Virus record (IMG/VR): IMGVR_UViG_3300047310_000715
DNA from: a virus
Strand: one strand, 5' to 3'
Length of the DNA stretch: 64,000 bases
In this document: piece after piece, positions 1 through 8,767 of the stretch
Numbering within the stretch: the first letter of the stretch is position 1
How the letters are laid out: each line of letters begins with the position of its first letter
The notes under the pieces: generated by a model
Told to the model about the DNA's origin: nothing
Databases searched by the model: none
The model's input: the letters and a program-made list of their open reading frames with translations, nothing else
Program-made: the position numbers and the translations under genes

Positions 1-2
1 TG

Positions 3-311
3 GGGCGCCGCAAACAAGCTCCCTACGTGGCGGCTCGGCACGAGCTCTGGGAGACCCTCTATCGGGAGGTCAGCAGCTATCCGTTCGTCGCCGACCTCTT
101 TGAGGTCACGAACGCGTCCGTCGTGCACGGCGTCGCGCGCCATCGAGAGCGGTGCCGGAAGACAAGCACGAACACGCCAACAATTGGGAAACCCGCGAGC
201 TGCGGCTCATCACCCGGTTCCTGCTCTTCTGTCTGTTCTGCCTCTGCTGCTACGTGTCGTGGCTCCGCTACCAGCTCGATTGGAAGCGATTCGAGTCAGA
301 TCTGGAACTGA
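3..311 (+). CDS. DnaA C-terminal (domain IV)-like HTH protein, 5' partial
   Basis: Frame open from window start; VAARHELWETLYRE..SYPFVADLF..NASVVHGVARH resembles the DnaA_C pattern; C-terminal part overlaps the next ORF and is doubtful. Confidence 0.45.
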   Translation, partial: GRRKQAPYVAARHELWETLYREVSSYPFVADLFEVTNASVVHGVARHRERCRKTSTNTPTIGKPASCGSSPGSCSSVCSASAATCRGSATSSIGSDSSQIWN

Positions 312-370
312 AGCAGGAGATCCGGGACCTCAAGGAACTGATCGAGAACCGAAGGAGAATAAAGCTGTGA
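152..370 (+). CDS. Small single-TM hypothetical protein
   Basis: Hydrophobic stretch FLLFCLFCLCCYVSW; GTGA overlap with next gene. Confidence 0.5.
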   Translation: MPEDKHEHANNWETRELRLITRFLLFCLFCLCCYVSWLRYQLDWKRFESDLELKQEIRDLKELIENRRRIKL

Positions 371-639
371 GGATCCTGGTGCGAGTCGAGATAGTGGAGT
401 CGTTCGACGAGAACGGGGACAAGCGCGCCGTCGCGACGCTCTCGTACGAGCCACGCGTCAGCCTATGGCGGTTCAGCGGCTCGTCGCCCAAGAACGCGAT
501 GGCCCGGATCTCGAAAGCAATCGAACCCGAGGCGCACGACCTCCGGGTCGCGGGAGCGGCACGGCGGATTCAGTGCGCGGCCCAGATCGCACTCGACGAG
601 CTCACCGATAGAGGTTTCGTCTGGATAGGGGACGCGTGA
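367..639 (+). CDS. Hypothetical protein
   Basis: GTG at 367; GTGA overlaps at both ends. Confidence 0.55.
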   Translation: MRILVRVEIVESFDENGDKRAVATLSYEPRVSLWRFSGSSPKNAMARISKAIEPEAHDLRVAGAARRIQCAAQIALDELTDRGFVWIGDA

Positions 640-1094
640 TGGCCGTCGTCAGGATCGTGATCGCGACCGCGTTAGTGTTTCCGTGGTCGCTCGCCCTCAT
701 CGGGGCCTGGCGCCTCATCCCGCGGGCCCGCGCGTGGGCTCGCGCCAGAATTCTTTCGCGGGAACTCCGCGACCTCGCGCGCTGGCATGGGGTCGAGAAC
801 TGCGAGTGGGATGCGCTTCTACGGGAGCAGGTCCTCGATGCGTTCGACGAGACGGGCAACACGATCTCGCCGGCGCGGGTTCGGGACTTCGTTCGCCTAT
901 CGCTTCGGGTACTGGACCGCGACGTGAAGATTCAGGAACTTGAATCGGGTCTACTCGGGTACCGGACCGATCTCGTCGTCGATATCTCGCCGGCCGCCGG
1001 CGTCCCGTATCAGCTTTTCAGTACCGTCCGGACCGAGCTCCGGTACCGGATGCCGCGCGGCGTCTCGCTCGAGATGACGATCGGTGCCAGATAG
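636..1094 (+). CDS. Hypothetical protein with N-terminal TM segment
   Basis: Coupled to upstream stop; hydrophobic N-terminus. Confidence 0.6.
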   Translation: MMAVVRIVIATALVFPWSLALIGAWRLIPRARAWARARILSRELRDLARWHGVENCEWDALLREQVLDAFDETGNTISPARVRDFVRLSLRVLDRDVKIQELESGLLGYRTDLVVDISPAAGVPYQLFSTVRTELRYRMPRGVSLEMTIGAR

Positions 1095-1127
1095 TTTGCG
1101 GCCCGTCAGGGCGGACGAGGGAGAACC

Positions 1128-2093
1128 ATGTACAGCTTCCGGCATAGGCCGATCGAGTCGCAGAGGAACTTTTGGGTCGTGTGCGCGCTCACGAACCCGC
1201 AGCGGTACCGGAGCCGGTACGAACTCTATCGGGAGTTCGAAGCTCACGTACTTGCGAGCGGCGCGAACCTCCTGACGGTCGAGGGTGTCTTGGGCGACCG
1301 CCCGTCCGAGATCGACGGCCCGCACGTCCACCGGGTTCAGCTGTTCGATGAGCTCTGGTCGAAGGAGAACCTGATCAACATCGGGATCCAGCGACTCCCG
1401 ACGAACTGGCAATACGTCGCGTGGATCGATGCCGACGTGCAGTTCACCCGCCGGGACTGGATCGAGGAGGCGACCCACGTGCTTCAGCACTACAAGGTCG
1501 CCCAGATGTTCAGCCACGCGATCGATCTCGGTCCGCATGGCGAGCACTCCCAGACGATCGACGGGTTCGTTTGGTCCTGGATAAACAACAAGCCGCGCCC
1601 GTACTCAGAGCAGGCCAAGAACCTGTACCTCCATCCAATCTGGCACCCGGGCTACGCTTGGTGTGCGCGGCGCGACGCGATCGATGCCCTCGGGGGTCTG
1701 ATGGATCACGCGATCCTCGGGTCAGCCGACCACCACATGGCCCATGCGCTGATCGGGGACGTCCATGAGTACTGGCGCGGCACCGACGGGCGCCCGTTCT
1801 CGTCCCCCGGGTATGTCCGGCATCTCGACGCCTGGGAGACCCGAGCCGAAACCCACATCCGACGGAACGTCGGGTACGTGCCGGGAACGATCGTGCATGG
1901 CTGGCACGGGAGTAAGGTCCACCGTCGCTACGGGAGCCGATGGGAGATCTTGAAGCGCTACGCGTACGACCCCGACCAAGACATCAAGCGGGACTGGCAA
2001 GGCGTCATCCGGTTTACGGACCGGGGCGAAAGGATGCGGAATGACTTCCGCGAATACTTCCGCTCCCGCAACGAGGACTCGGTGGACGTATGA
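1128..2093 (+). CDS. GT-A fold glycosyltransferase-like protein
   Basis: RBS GAGGGAG; WSKENLINIG, WIDAD (DxD) motif, GGLMD..GSAD late motif. Confidence 0.65.
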   Translation: MYSFRHRPIESQRNFWVVCALTNPQRYRSRYELYREFEAHVLASGANLLTVEGVLGDRPSEIDGPHVHRVQLFDELWSKENLINIGIQRLPTNWQYVAWIDADVQFTRRDWIEEATHVLQHYKVAQMFSHAIDLGPHGEHSQTIDGFVWSWINNKPRPYSEQAKNLYLHPIWHPGYAWCARRDAIDALGGLMDHAILGSADHHMAHALIGDVHEYWRGTDGRPFSSPGYVRHLDAWETRAETHIRRNVGYVPGTIVHGWHGSKVHRRYGSRWEILKRYAYDPDQDIKRDWQGVIRFTDRGERMRNDFREYFRSRNEDSVDV

Positions 2094-2797
2094 GCAAGAC
2101 AGAACCCGTAAGGCTACTGCTGTGGTTGGACGTCGAGACGACCGGACTCGACCCCGACCGCTGCCAAATACTTGAGCTCGCGTGCTGTGTTACGACTCCT
2201 GACCTTCAGGAACTCGGTCGTAAAAGTTGGCTGATTCCGCTCGAGGATAGCCAATACGTGAACGGGTTCGTCGTCAAGATGCATCAGAAGAGCGGTCTCC
2301 TGGACGATCTCGCGGCCGCAGGCGAGGTTCGGGGACTCGACGTGATCGCTGAGCTCCAATCGTTCTTGAACGAAATGGTGATCGTTGGGGCGAAGAGCGG
2401 TTGCGGGTTCGACGGGTGGACCGACCGCCCCTTCCATCCCGCGGGGTTCTCGGTCCACACCGACATCAATCATCTGAAGCGGTGGGGCTGCCACTCGGTT
2501 CTCCAGATGCTTCATCACCGGCACGCGGACGTATCGGCCCTCAAGCTTTTCTATCGGGCTTGGGTTGGCGAGGTACTGGAGCGGCGCGAGGAGCCCGTCC
2601 ATCGCGCGATGGCGGACGTCGAGGAATCGATCGAGATGGCGAAGTGGTTCCGCGACGTATTCCAACGCGGTGCTCCGCGTCCGAACCCGAAGAACATCGA
2701 AGATATTCGATTCCCACCCGAGCTTTTTCGAGCGTTGGAGGACGAAAGAAAAAACTCGCAGGATCTACAGAACCTCTCGACCCCCTCGACCCTCTAG
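2090..2797 (+). CDS. orn: Oligoribonuclease-like DEDDh 3'-5' exonuclease
   Basis: LWLDVETTGLDPDRCQILELAC (ExoI), HTDINHL (ExoII), HRAMADVEES (ExoIII). Confidence 0.8.
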   Translation: MSKTEPVRLLLWLDVETTGLDPDRCQILELACCVTTPDLQELGRKSWLIPLEDSQYVNGFVVKMHQKSGLLDDLAAAGEVRGLDVIAELQSFLNEMVIVGAKSGCGFDGWTDRPFHPAGFSVHTDINHLKRWGCHSVLQMLHHRHADVSALKLFYRAWVGEVLERREEPVHRAMADVEESIEMAKWFRDVFQRGAPRPNPKNIEDIRFPPELFRALEDERKNSQDLQNLSTPSTL

Positions 2798-2799
2798 CG

Positions 2800-3389
2800 A
2801 TGGGGATCAGCAGGATCCCGCCGATGGGCCGGCTGGTCCGCGGCGCCGGTGGGCGGTTCTGTTGCCGTGAATGCGGGGTCGAGGTCACGCCACCCCGTAG
2901 GACCTTCTGTTCGTCCGAATGCGTCGGTAAGTGGCAGGAGAAAAGGAACCCGGGGCACGCGCGGCGGAAGGTATTCGAGCGTGACCGCGGAGTCTGCGCG
3001 ATTCCGAACTGCCGCCGCGACTGCCATCAACTCGAAAGCCGACTCGGCGGGATGCTGGAGGTTCTGAACGAGCACTACCTGCGGGAGCGGGGAATGCTGA
3101 AGACGAGGACGGCAGACGCACTCCACTACACGCTCGATAGATGCTGGCGTGAAAAGTTCGACATGAGGTGCTCGAGTTTGCCCCGTTCCTTCGCCTCTGT
3201 CGGGCTATAGGGCTTTCGAAACCCTACCGGGGTCAGCATCTCTGGGAGGCCGACCACATCGTGCCGGTCTGCGAGGGTGGGGGCGGAGTCGGGATAGAGG
3301 GACTCCGGACACTCTGCCTGCCGTGCCACCGCCGGGTCACGAAGGAGCTCGCGGGGCGTCGGGCAGCGGCTCGGAAGGCGAACCCGTGA
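2800..3389 (+). pseudogene. HNH endonuclease split by a -1 frameshift near 3151-3156
   Basis: N-half (CRECG, FCSSEC, RRKVFERDRGVC) in frame 1 stops at 3210; HNH core WEADHIVPVCEGGG..LRTLCLPCH is in frame 3. Confidence 0.7.
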
Positions 3390-3619
3390 GGGCCCGATAC
3401 GTAGTCGCGCTGCTCGCCTGGTCCTGCACCGCGCCGCGCGGCGCGGTCGAAGCACTGGACCCCGACCCCAATACCCTAATCCCGTGTGCGCCCGGGTGGC
3501 GGTGCCCACCGCGTGATGACTGCGGTGCCCCCGGGGCGCTATGTCCGGAGGGCTACTGTTGCGGCCCAGAAGGCATCAGCATCCAGAGGAGGAAACGTGG
3601 CGAAGACGGCGGCAGGTAA
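3386..3619 (+). CDS. Small Cys-rich putative lipoprotein
   Basis: GTGA overlap with HNH stop; hydrophobic N-terminus ending LAWSC; CAPGWRC and CPEGYCC motifs. Confidence 0.5.
   Translation: MRARYVVALLAWSCTAPRGAVEALDPDPNTLIPCAPGWRCPPRDDCGAPGALCPEGYCCGPEGISIQRRKRGEDGGR
3428..3447. repeat. 20-bp palindrome ACCGCGCCGCGCGGCGCGGT, copy 1 (in ORF)
   Basis: Exact match; perfect self reverse-complement. Confidence 0.95.
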
Positions 3620-3881
3620 GTTTTCGGCGATGAAGGCCTTGATCGCGGCCGCGATGGCGACCGCCTACAACGGGATTCAGGAACGGTTCCGGACCGCGGA
3701 CGACCCCGCACCGGCGCGACTTCGGCTCCCGGCAGGGTTCGGGTTCAAGGGCGGAAACGTCCGGTATCCGCCGCTCGGGTGGGACCAAACTCCCGACCAG
3801 GTCGCGCGCGCGAAAGAACTCGCGGCTCAGAAGCGCGAAGCGCGCGCTGCCCGGAACCTGATGTTGGCCGGGAAAGCCTAA
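3597..3881 (+). CDS. Hypothetical protein
   Basis: GTG after GAGGAGG; TAATG coupling to next gene. Confidence 0.6.
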   Translation: MAKTAAGKFSAMKALIAAAMATAYNGIQERFRTADDPAPARLRLPAGFGFKGGNVRYPPLGWDQTPDQVARAKELAAQKREARAARNLMLAGKA

Positions 3882-4186
3882 TGTGCTCGTACCCGACCCC
3901 CGAACTCGACGACGAGGTTGAGGCGAAGATCGACCACGAGACCTTTAGTGCGGTCGTGCCGCAGGACGGAAGCGCACGAGCCTCGTACGGGACGGTCCCG
4001 CGGGGCGAGATCGGACACATCACGTACGCGACCTGCGCGGGCTGGTTCACGGTTCTGTGGGCGGGCAGAAGCGCCAGCGTCCGGTATGAGCGTCCCGAGC
4101 TCGGGCGGCTCCTGTTCGTTACGAAACCCCGACGGGGTCGAAAACAAGTTCCGTTCGACGTCGCGCCCTACAAGGGGAGGTTTTGA
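3881..4186 (+). CDS. Hypothetical protein
   Basis: ATG overlaps upstream TAA. Confidence 0.6.
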   Translation: MCSYPTPELDDEVEAKIDHETFSAVVPQDGSARASYGTVPRGEIGHITYATCAGWFTVLWAGRSASVRYERPELGRLLFVTKPRRGRKQVPFDVAPYKGRF

Positions 4187-4554
4187 TGATAAGGGGTGCG
4201 TTCTCGGACGAGATCGAAGAGTTCCTAAAGGGGTTCGAGATCCCGGAGGCGAAGGCGGAGCTCGCACCGGAAGCGTATCCGCTCACGTACCGGGTAGGGC
4301 TCCCGGATCGATGGATGGTCTCGGGAGGAGTGGGGCATCGAAGCCGCGAGCAACTTCAGACTGCCCTAAAGGGCATGTTTAGCGACATCGACTTCTTGTT
4401 CGTACCTCTATCGAGAATCGACGGAATCGATTCGGACGCGAGCTGCTGCTTCTGTAGGTCCGACAACCACTACCGCGACCGACCGAACCACAACGGGAAG
4501 TGGGCCTGCGGGATCTGTCGAATCATCCGTGGGATCCCGTTCGGCCGGTCCTGA
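4183..4554 (+). CDS. Hypothetical protein with C-terminal CxxC..CxxC
   Basis: RBS GGGGAGG; CCFC and CGIC pairs. Confidence 0.6.
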   Translation: MMIRGAFSDEIEEFLKGFEIPEAKAELAPEAYPLTYRVGLPDRWMVSGGVGHRSREQLQTALKGMFSDIDFLFVPLSRIDGIDSDASCCFCRSDNHYRDRPNHNGKWACGICRIIRGIPFGRS

Positions 4555-4991
4555 TGGTTACGGCCGAGGCAGTCCTGCTCGCGATCCTGGCGCTCCCGGC
4601 CCCCATGCGGGCCCCCGAGGGCCAAGCGGAGCGGTACGCGTGCGCGATCGCGTCGGTCGCGGAGTCGACCGAGGAGGCTGCTGCGCTGGTCGTAATCGCG
4701 GCCCGCGAGTCGACCTTCCGCCGCGAGGTCGAGGACTGCCGGGTCGCGGGCCTTGGCGGCATGGGGGCGTTTGGACTCTCGGACCGGAACGGGAGGGCCG
4801 CCCAGTGTGGTCCCCTTTACCGACAGGCCAAGGCGGCCCGGGACCGCTACGTCGCGCGCCTCGACTGGGCGCACCCAACTCTGTCGTTTGGCCGCTACAT
4901 CGGTGCTGTACGCCATTGGCAGGAGGCCCATGAGCGGGCCGTGCTCTACTGGAGGGCCCTATGGGAGATCGAAAACCTCGCGTGTCTCTAG
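4554..4991 (+). CDS. Lysozyme-fold / transglycosylase-like protein
   Basis: TGATG coupling; hydrophobic N-terminus; AALVVIAARESTF resembles the SLT catalytic ES motif, followed by GAFGL. Confidence 0.55.
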   Translation: MVTAEAVLLAILALPAPMRAPEGQAERYACAIASVAESTEEAAALVVIAARESTFRREVEDCRVAGLGGMGAFGLSDRNGRAAQCGPLYRQAKAARDRYVARLDWAHPTLSFGRYIGAVRHWQEAHERAVLYWRALWEIENLACL

Positions 4992-5623
4992 AAGTCCCTC
5001 CAGAGCAGGCGGCGCCTTGTCCGCGTTGTACTGGCGACTGGAGCACGCGGCATACGTGCCCACCGGAAACGCCGGAGCAGGCGGTGCCGAATGAGGTGTG
5101 GATTCGCATCGAAAAGCCTGGCGATCACGGCGGTACCTGGAGCGCAGGCGGCGAAGGCCAGGCGCGATGGTACTCCGGCGATACAATCGTCCACTATGTC
5201 AAAGCCCCGCGCGCCGATGGCGGGTCTCAGGAAGGAGCGTCGCCGGTACGCGCCACGCAAGCCGATCGGGCCGGCGGCGCTCCTCCGTGCGACCGTGACG
5301 TGGCCGATGGGGCGGCGTTGAGTGAGGAGGACTTCCGCCGCATAGAGATACGTCTATCGGATGAGCCGTCCTACGACGACGCCGTTAGGTTACTTGCGGA
5401 GGTGCGTCGACTCCGCGCACGTGAGCGTGAGCTGACGGACGATGTGGATGCTCTGGTCACACAAGGCGATGCTTACTGCAAGACAATCGCAGAGCACCAG
5501 AAGCGCGCCGAAGCTGCCGAAGCACGGGTGCGGGATCTGGAGAATGCGATTCGCGCGGCGCTACCGGACGCCAGCTTCTTCGCCAAGCAAACCCTCCGTG
5601 CCGCACTGAAGACAGATTCGTAA
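4961..5623 (+). CDS. Hypothetical coiled-coil protein (Ead/Ea22-like pattern)
   Basis: LLAEVRRLR..RAEAAEARV heptads; TAATG coupling to dam; start uncertain. Confidence 0.5.
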   Translation: MGDRKPRVSLEVPPEQAAPCPRCTGDWSTRHTCPPETPEQAVPNEVWIRIEKPGDHGGTWSAGGEGQARWYSGDTIVHYVKAPRADGGSQEGASPVRATQADRAGGAPPCDRDVADGAALSEEDFRRIEIRLSDEPSYDDAVRLLAEVRRLRARERELTDDVDALVTQGDAYCKTIAEHQKRAEAAEARVRDLENAIRAALPDASFFAKQTLRAALKTDS

Positions 5624-6456
5624 TGGGTCCCCGACCGTTCCTGAAGTGGGCTGGGGGGAAGCGGAATCTAATACCCGAGATTCTCGCTCGGTTCCCACCC
5701 GGGTATCGGGACTACTACGAGCCGTTCCTCGGAGGCGGTGCTGTCTTTCTCGCGCTCTCACCGGGCGGCAGGATCGGTGGGAGGACCTTTCTCGGTGACC
5801 TGAATCCTGACGTCGCGATCTGCTGGAGCGTAATTCGCGACTCGGTCGACGAGCTCATCGGGCAGCTCCGGGAACTCGCCAACAGGACCTCACGGGAGGA
5901 CTACGAGCGGGTACGGGATCTCGCACCCCAGCAACCCGGATACGGCCCTATTGAGCAAGCGGCCCGAACCATCTACCTGAACCGGCTCTGCTTCAACGGG
6001 CTCTATCGGGTGAACCAAAAGGGCCAGTTCAACGTCCCGTACGGGAAGCAAAAGACGCCGGGCGTCGTCGACGCGCCGAACCTCCGGGTGGTCTCGGAAG
6101 CGCTCCAGGGCGTGTCCATTACTAATGGACACTACGCCGAAACACTCAAGCAGGTCGGGCCCGGTGACCTCGTGTATCTGGATCCGCCCTACGTGCCGAC
6201 CTCCGCGACCGCCAACTACGTCGGGTTTTGCCCCAACGGGTTCGGGCCCGCCGACCAAGAGGAACTCGCCGCGACCTTCGACCGCTGCGCACGCGCCGGC
6301 GCGACAGTCCTACTGTCGAACTCCGATACCCCCGAGGCCCGCTACCTTTACCGGCGCTACCGGATCGACCCAATCGTGGCCCGGCGTTCGATCGCCGCAT
6401 CCGGAACCAAGCGGGAACCGGCCCGCGAGATCCTGGTGCGCCATCCGAATCTATAA
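5623..6456 (+). CDS. dam: DNA adenine methyltransferase (Dam / D12 class)
   Basis: PFLKWAGGK, YYEPFLGGGAV, LNRLCFNGLYRVN, YLDPPY and LSNSD motifs. Confidence 0.95.
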   Translation: MGPRPFLKWAGGKRNLIPEILARFPPGYRDYYEPFLGGGAVFLALSPGGRIGGRTFLGDLNPDVAICWSVIRDSVDELIGQLRELANRTSREDYERVRDLAPQQPGYGPIEQAARTIYLNRLCFNGLYRVNQKGQFNVPYGKQKTPGVVDAPNLRVVSEALQGVSITNGHYAETLKQVGPGDLVYLDPPYVPTSATANYVGFCPNGFGPADQEELAATFDRCARAGATVLLSNSDTPEARYLYRRYRIDPIVARRSIAASGTKREPAREILVRHPNL

Positions 6457-6485
6457 ACCCCCGTCGACGTCGCCACCGAAGAATC

Positions 6486-6746
6486 ATGCGGAAAGCCGGC
6501 CTACCGCGCTTCCAGTACGGCCACTTCACCTCGGACCCCGACGCGATGGTGCCGCAGCGGCTGCTCGAGGCTGTCGCGTGTCGCCCCATCATGCCGGACG
6601 GCTCCCGCCCGCTCCTGCTGGCCCGTGCCTCCACGAGGGCGGCCGCGCGCCAGCGGGTCATCGCGGTCCTGATCGACCGCACCGCCCGCCGACTTCCGAT
6701 CCCGAACGTTCAGGACCGCGCCGCGCGGCGCGGCACAGAGGTATAG
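6486..6746 (+). CDS. Hypothetical protein
   Basis: ATG 6486; fills gap between dam and 6748. Confidence 0.5.
   Translation: MRKAGLPRFQYGHFTSDPDAMVPQRLLEAVACRPIMPDGSRPLLLARASTRAAARQRVIAVLIDRTARRLPIPNVQDRAARRGTEV
6715..6734. repeat. 20-bp palindrome copy 2 (19/20; in ORF)
   Basis: ACCGCGCCGCGCGGCGCGGC; last base T>C. Confidence 0.9.
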
Positions 6747-6747
6747 G

Positions 6748-7020
6748 ATGGTGATCTATTGCCCCGGATGTCTCGGCCGCTCCGTCGCGCTACCGGATCA
6801 CCCGTTCGATCGGGATGCCGCTCTCGAGACCTTCGCGGAGCAGCACTACCGGCACCTTTGCCCGTTGGAGTACTTCCAGATCATCAGTGGTCCAAATGTC
6901 CTTCCGGGGAAGATCCAACGGTGCGATTATGGCCGGTCAGAAGTTCCGGATCCGGATCCGAACAACGGAGCCGAAGACAGCGAGCTTGGGGGTGATCCGG
7001 CCGGAGACCATTCTGCATGA
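6748..7020 (+). CDS. Hypothetical protein
   Basis: In tightly packed + strand run; ATGA overlap downstream. Confidence 0.55.
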   Translation: MVIYCPGCLGRSVALPDHPFDRDAALETFAEQHYRHLCPLEYFQIISGPNVLPGKIQRCDYGRSEVPDPDPNNGAEDSELGGDPAGDHSA

Positions 7021-7322
7021 GCGGGTTCGCCCATAGGTCGCTCGTCGTTGCGGGTCTCGCGGCCGACGCCCTACAGGCAGAGGGCCTCGGGGTCGGGATC
7101 CGACCGGCCCCCCGGGAAGCAGGATGCTCGCCGGGGTGGTTGTTGACCGCGAGCCTGGCGGTCCGGCACGGCGGGAAGTTCGCCACCAGTACGCACTTCG
7201 AGTTCGTACGGGAAGTTGATGCCGACGGCGCCACTCTTGACGCCCCGGGGCTAGCGGTCGGGGTCGCGGCACGGCTTCGGGATCGGGTCCGGAGCGCAGT
7301 AGAGGATCAGCTGGCCCGATGA
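7017..7322 (+). CDS. Hypothetical protein
   Basis: ATGA overlaps at both ends. Confidence 0.6.
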   Translation: MSGFAHRSLVVAGLAADALQAEGLGVGIRPAPREAGCSPGWLLTASLAVRHGGKFATSTHFEFVREVDADGATLDAPGLAVGVAARLRDRVRSAVEDQLAR

Positions 7323-7600
7323 GTACCCAACCTCCTATCTGCCCAATCTGTCGCGACAACCGTCACTGCGCGATCGTTTTTCACGGCAAAAGTTATATCT
7401 CCCGCGCCCGAACTCCATGCGGTTGCAGGTGTCACGTCGTTCCGAAACGGGAACGAGATAACGTGTTCCTGTGGGCGATCCATCACGAGGGGAAGCTCCT
7501 CGGCTGCTACGAGCGCGACACCGGTCCCGACGGCGCTCTTACGGTCGCGCGCCTCGTCCCGGGCTGCCGCGTCACCCGATACCGGAGGGATCCCGCATGA
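7319..7600 (+). CDS. Hypothetical Cys-containing protein
   Basis: ATGA overlaps; CPIC and CGCRC. Confidence 0.6.
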   Translation: MSTQPPICPICRDNRHCAIVFHGKSYISRARTPCGCRCHVVPKRERDNVFLWAIHHEGKLLGCYERDTGPDGALTVARLVPGCRVTRYRRDPA

Positions 7601-7956
7601 CCATTCGCGGCGCGGAACTAGCTAACGAACTACTCGACGAACGCGCCCGCTCGGGATTCCTCGAAGCCGACCGGGACCGACTCCAGCGGGAGAACCGCTT
7701 GATCGACGCGAAGTTCCGGGACCTCCAGAACCTCACGACCGCCCAAGACCAGATCATCGCCCGCCAGGCCGCCCGAATCCGGGAACTCTCGACCGGCTGC
7801 CGCCGAGCCCTCTTGGTGATCCGGACCTATCTGGCGCGCATCGATCGGTTCGCCCGCACTACTCAAGTGGCCCCCGGCCTGTACGTGAGCACCGAATCAC
7901 CCGCCATCAGGACGCTCCGCGATATCGACGCTGCCCTGTTCGCTCCAAAGAAGTAA
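7597..7956 (+). CDS. Hypothetical coiled-coil protein
   Basis: RBS GGAGG; ATGA overlap. Confidence 0.65.
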   Translation: MTIRGAELANELLDERARSGFLEADRDRLQRENRLIDAKFRDLQNLTTAQDQIIARQAARIRELSTGCRRALLVIRTYLARIDRFARTTQVAPGLYVSTESPAIRTLRDIDAALFAPKK

Positions 7957-7991
7957 CGGGCGCCATCTCGTCCCGAACCAGGAGGTTCGGG

Positions 7992-8237
7992 ATGGAACCC
8001 AAAGATATCTCGAGTGAATTGTGGCGGGAGTACGAGTGGCTGATCCCGGGGTCCGGTCAGGTCGACTTAGTCGTCAGGACCTACAGGATCCAAAACCCCA
8101 AATCCCTATTGGTGGGAAAGACGACCCACCGGATCGTGGACCAAGAAGGGATCGTGCATCTCGTGCCGAGCGTCGGTGAACTCGGATGCTGCGTCAGGTG
8201 GCGGCCTCGCGATCCCGTGAACCCAGTCCAGTTCTGA
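7992..8237 (+). CDS. Hypothetical phage protein
   Basis: RBS AGGAGG; globular composition. Confidence 0.7.
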   Translation: MEPKDISSELWREYEWLIPGSGQVDLVVRTYRIQNPKSLLVGKTTHRIVDQEGIVHLVPSVGELGCCVRWRPRDPVNPVQF

Positions 8238-8296
8238 GAGGGACTCTGCGGGATCTACCTGTGCTGGTGGGTCCCGTATGCGTCATCTAGTTTACG

Positions 8297-8767
8297 ATGT
8301 CTAGACAACACCAGATCCCGACCACGTTCCAAGAGGCCAACCGGATCCGCGCTGCCCTCGCGACAGCGCTCCAACGACTCCTAGCCGCGACCGACCACCG
8401 CGAGCTGCCGGCGCTCCAGCAGGAGGCGCGGGAACTCATCGACCTCGTCCCGTACTGCCTGATGCAGATCCACGAGGAGCAGCGCCGGCTCGAACGAGAA
8501 CCACCACCGCGGTTCGTCGTTGGGAGTTCCGAAACGATCCAGATCTCAGCGGTAGCCGCGAAGCTGATTGCTGAGCAGACGTTAGAGCGATTCGGTATCG
8601 CTCAGCTACCCGATAAGTTTTTCGAGGAACTCGCGATCGCGTCGGACCGGTTCCTAGGCGGCGCTGTGCTCGAGGTGTTCCGCGAGCAAGCAGGACTCGG
8701 CGACGATGCGGTCCCGTCGCGGGTGCCGGACGAGATCCCGAACGTAACGAAGGGGGGCCGGAAGTGA
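8297..8767 (+). CDS. Hypothetical protein
   Basis: Start codon overlaps a TGTCTAGACA box; GTGA overlap downstream. Confidence 0.65.
   Translation: MSRQHQIPTTFQEANRIRAALATALQRLLAATDHRELPALQQEARELIDLVPYCLMQIHEEQRRLEREPPPRFVVGSSETIQISAVAAKLIAEQTLERFGIAQLPDKFFEELAIASDRFLGGAVLEVFREQAGLGDDAVPSRVPDEIPNVTKGGRK
8298..8307. promoter_or_regulatory. Single TGTCTAGACA box over the start codon of 8297
   Basis: Exact 10-bp palindrome identical to those in the promoter cassettes. Confidence 0.55.
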
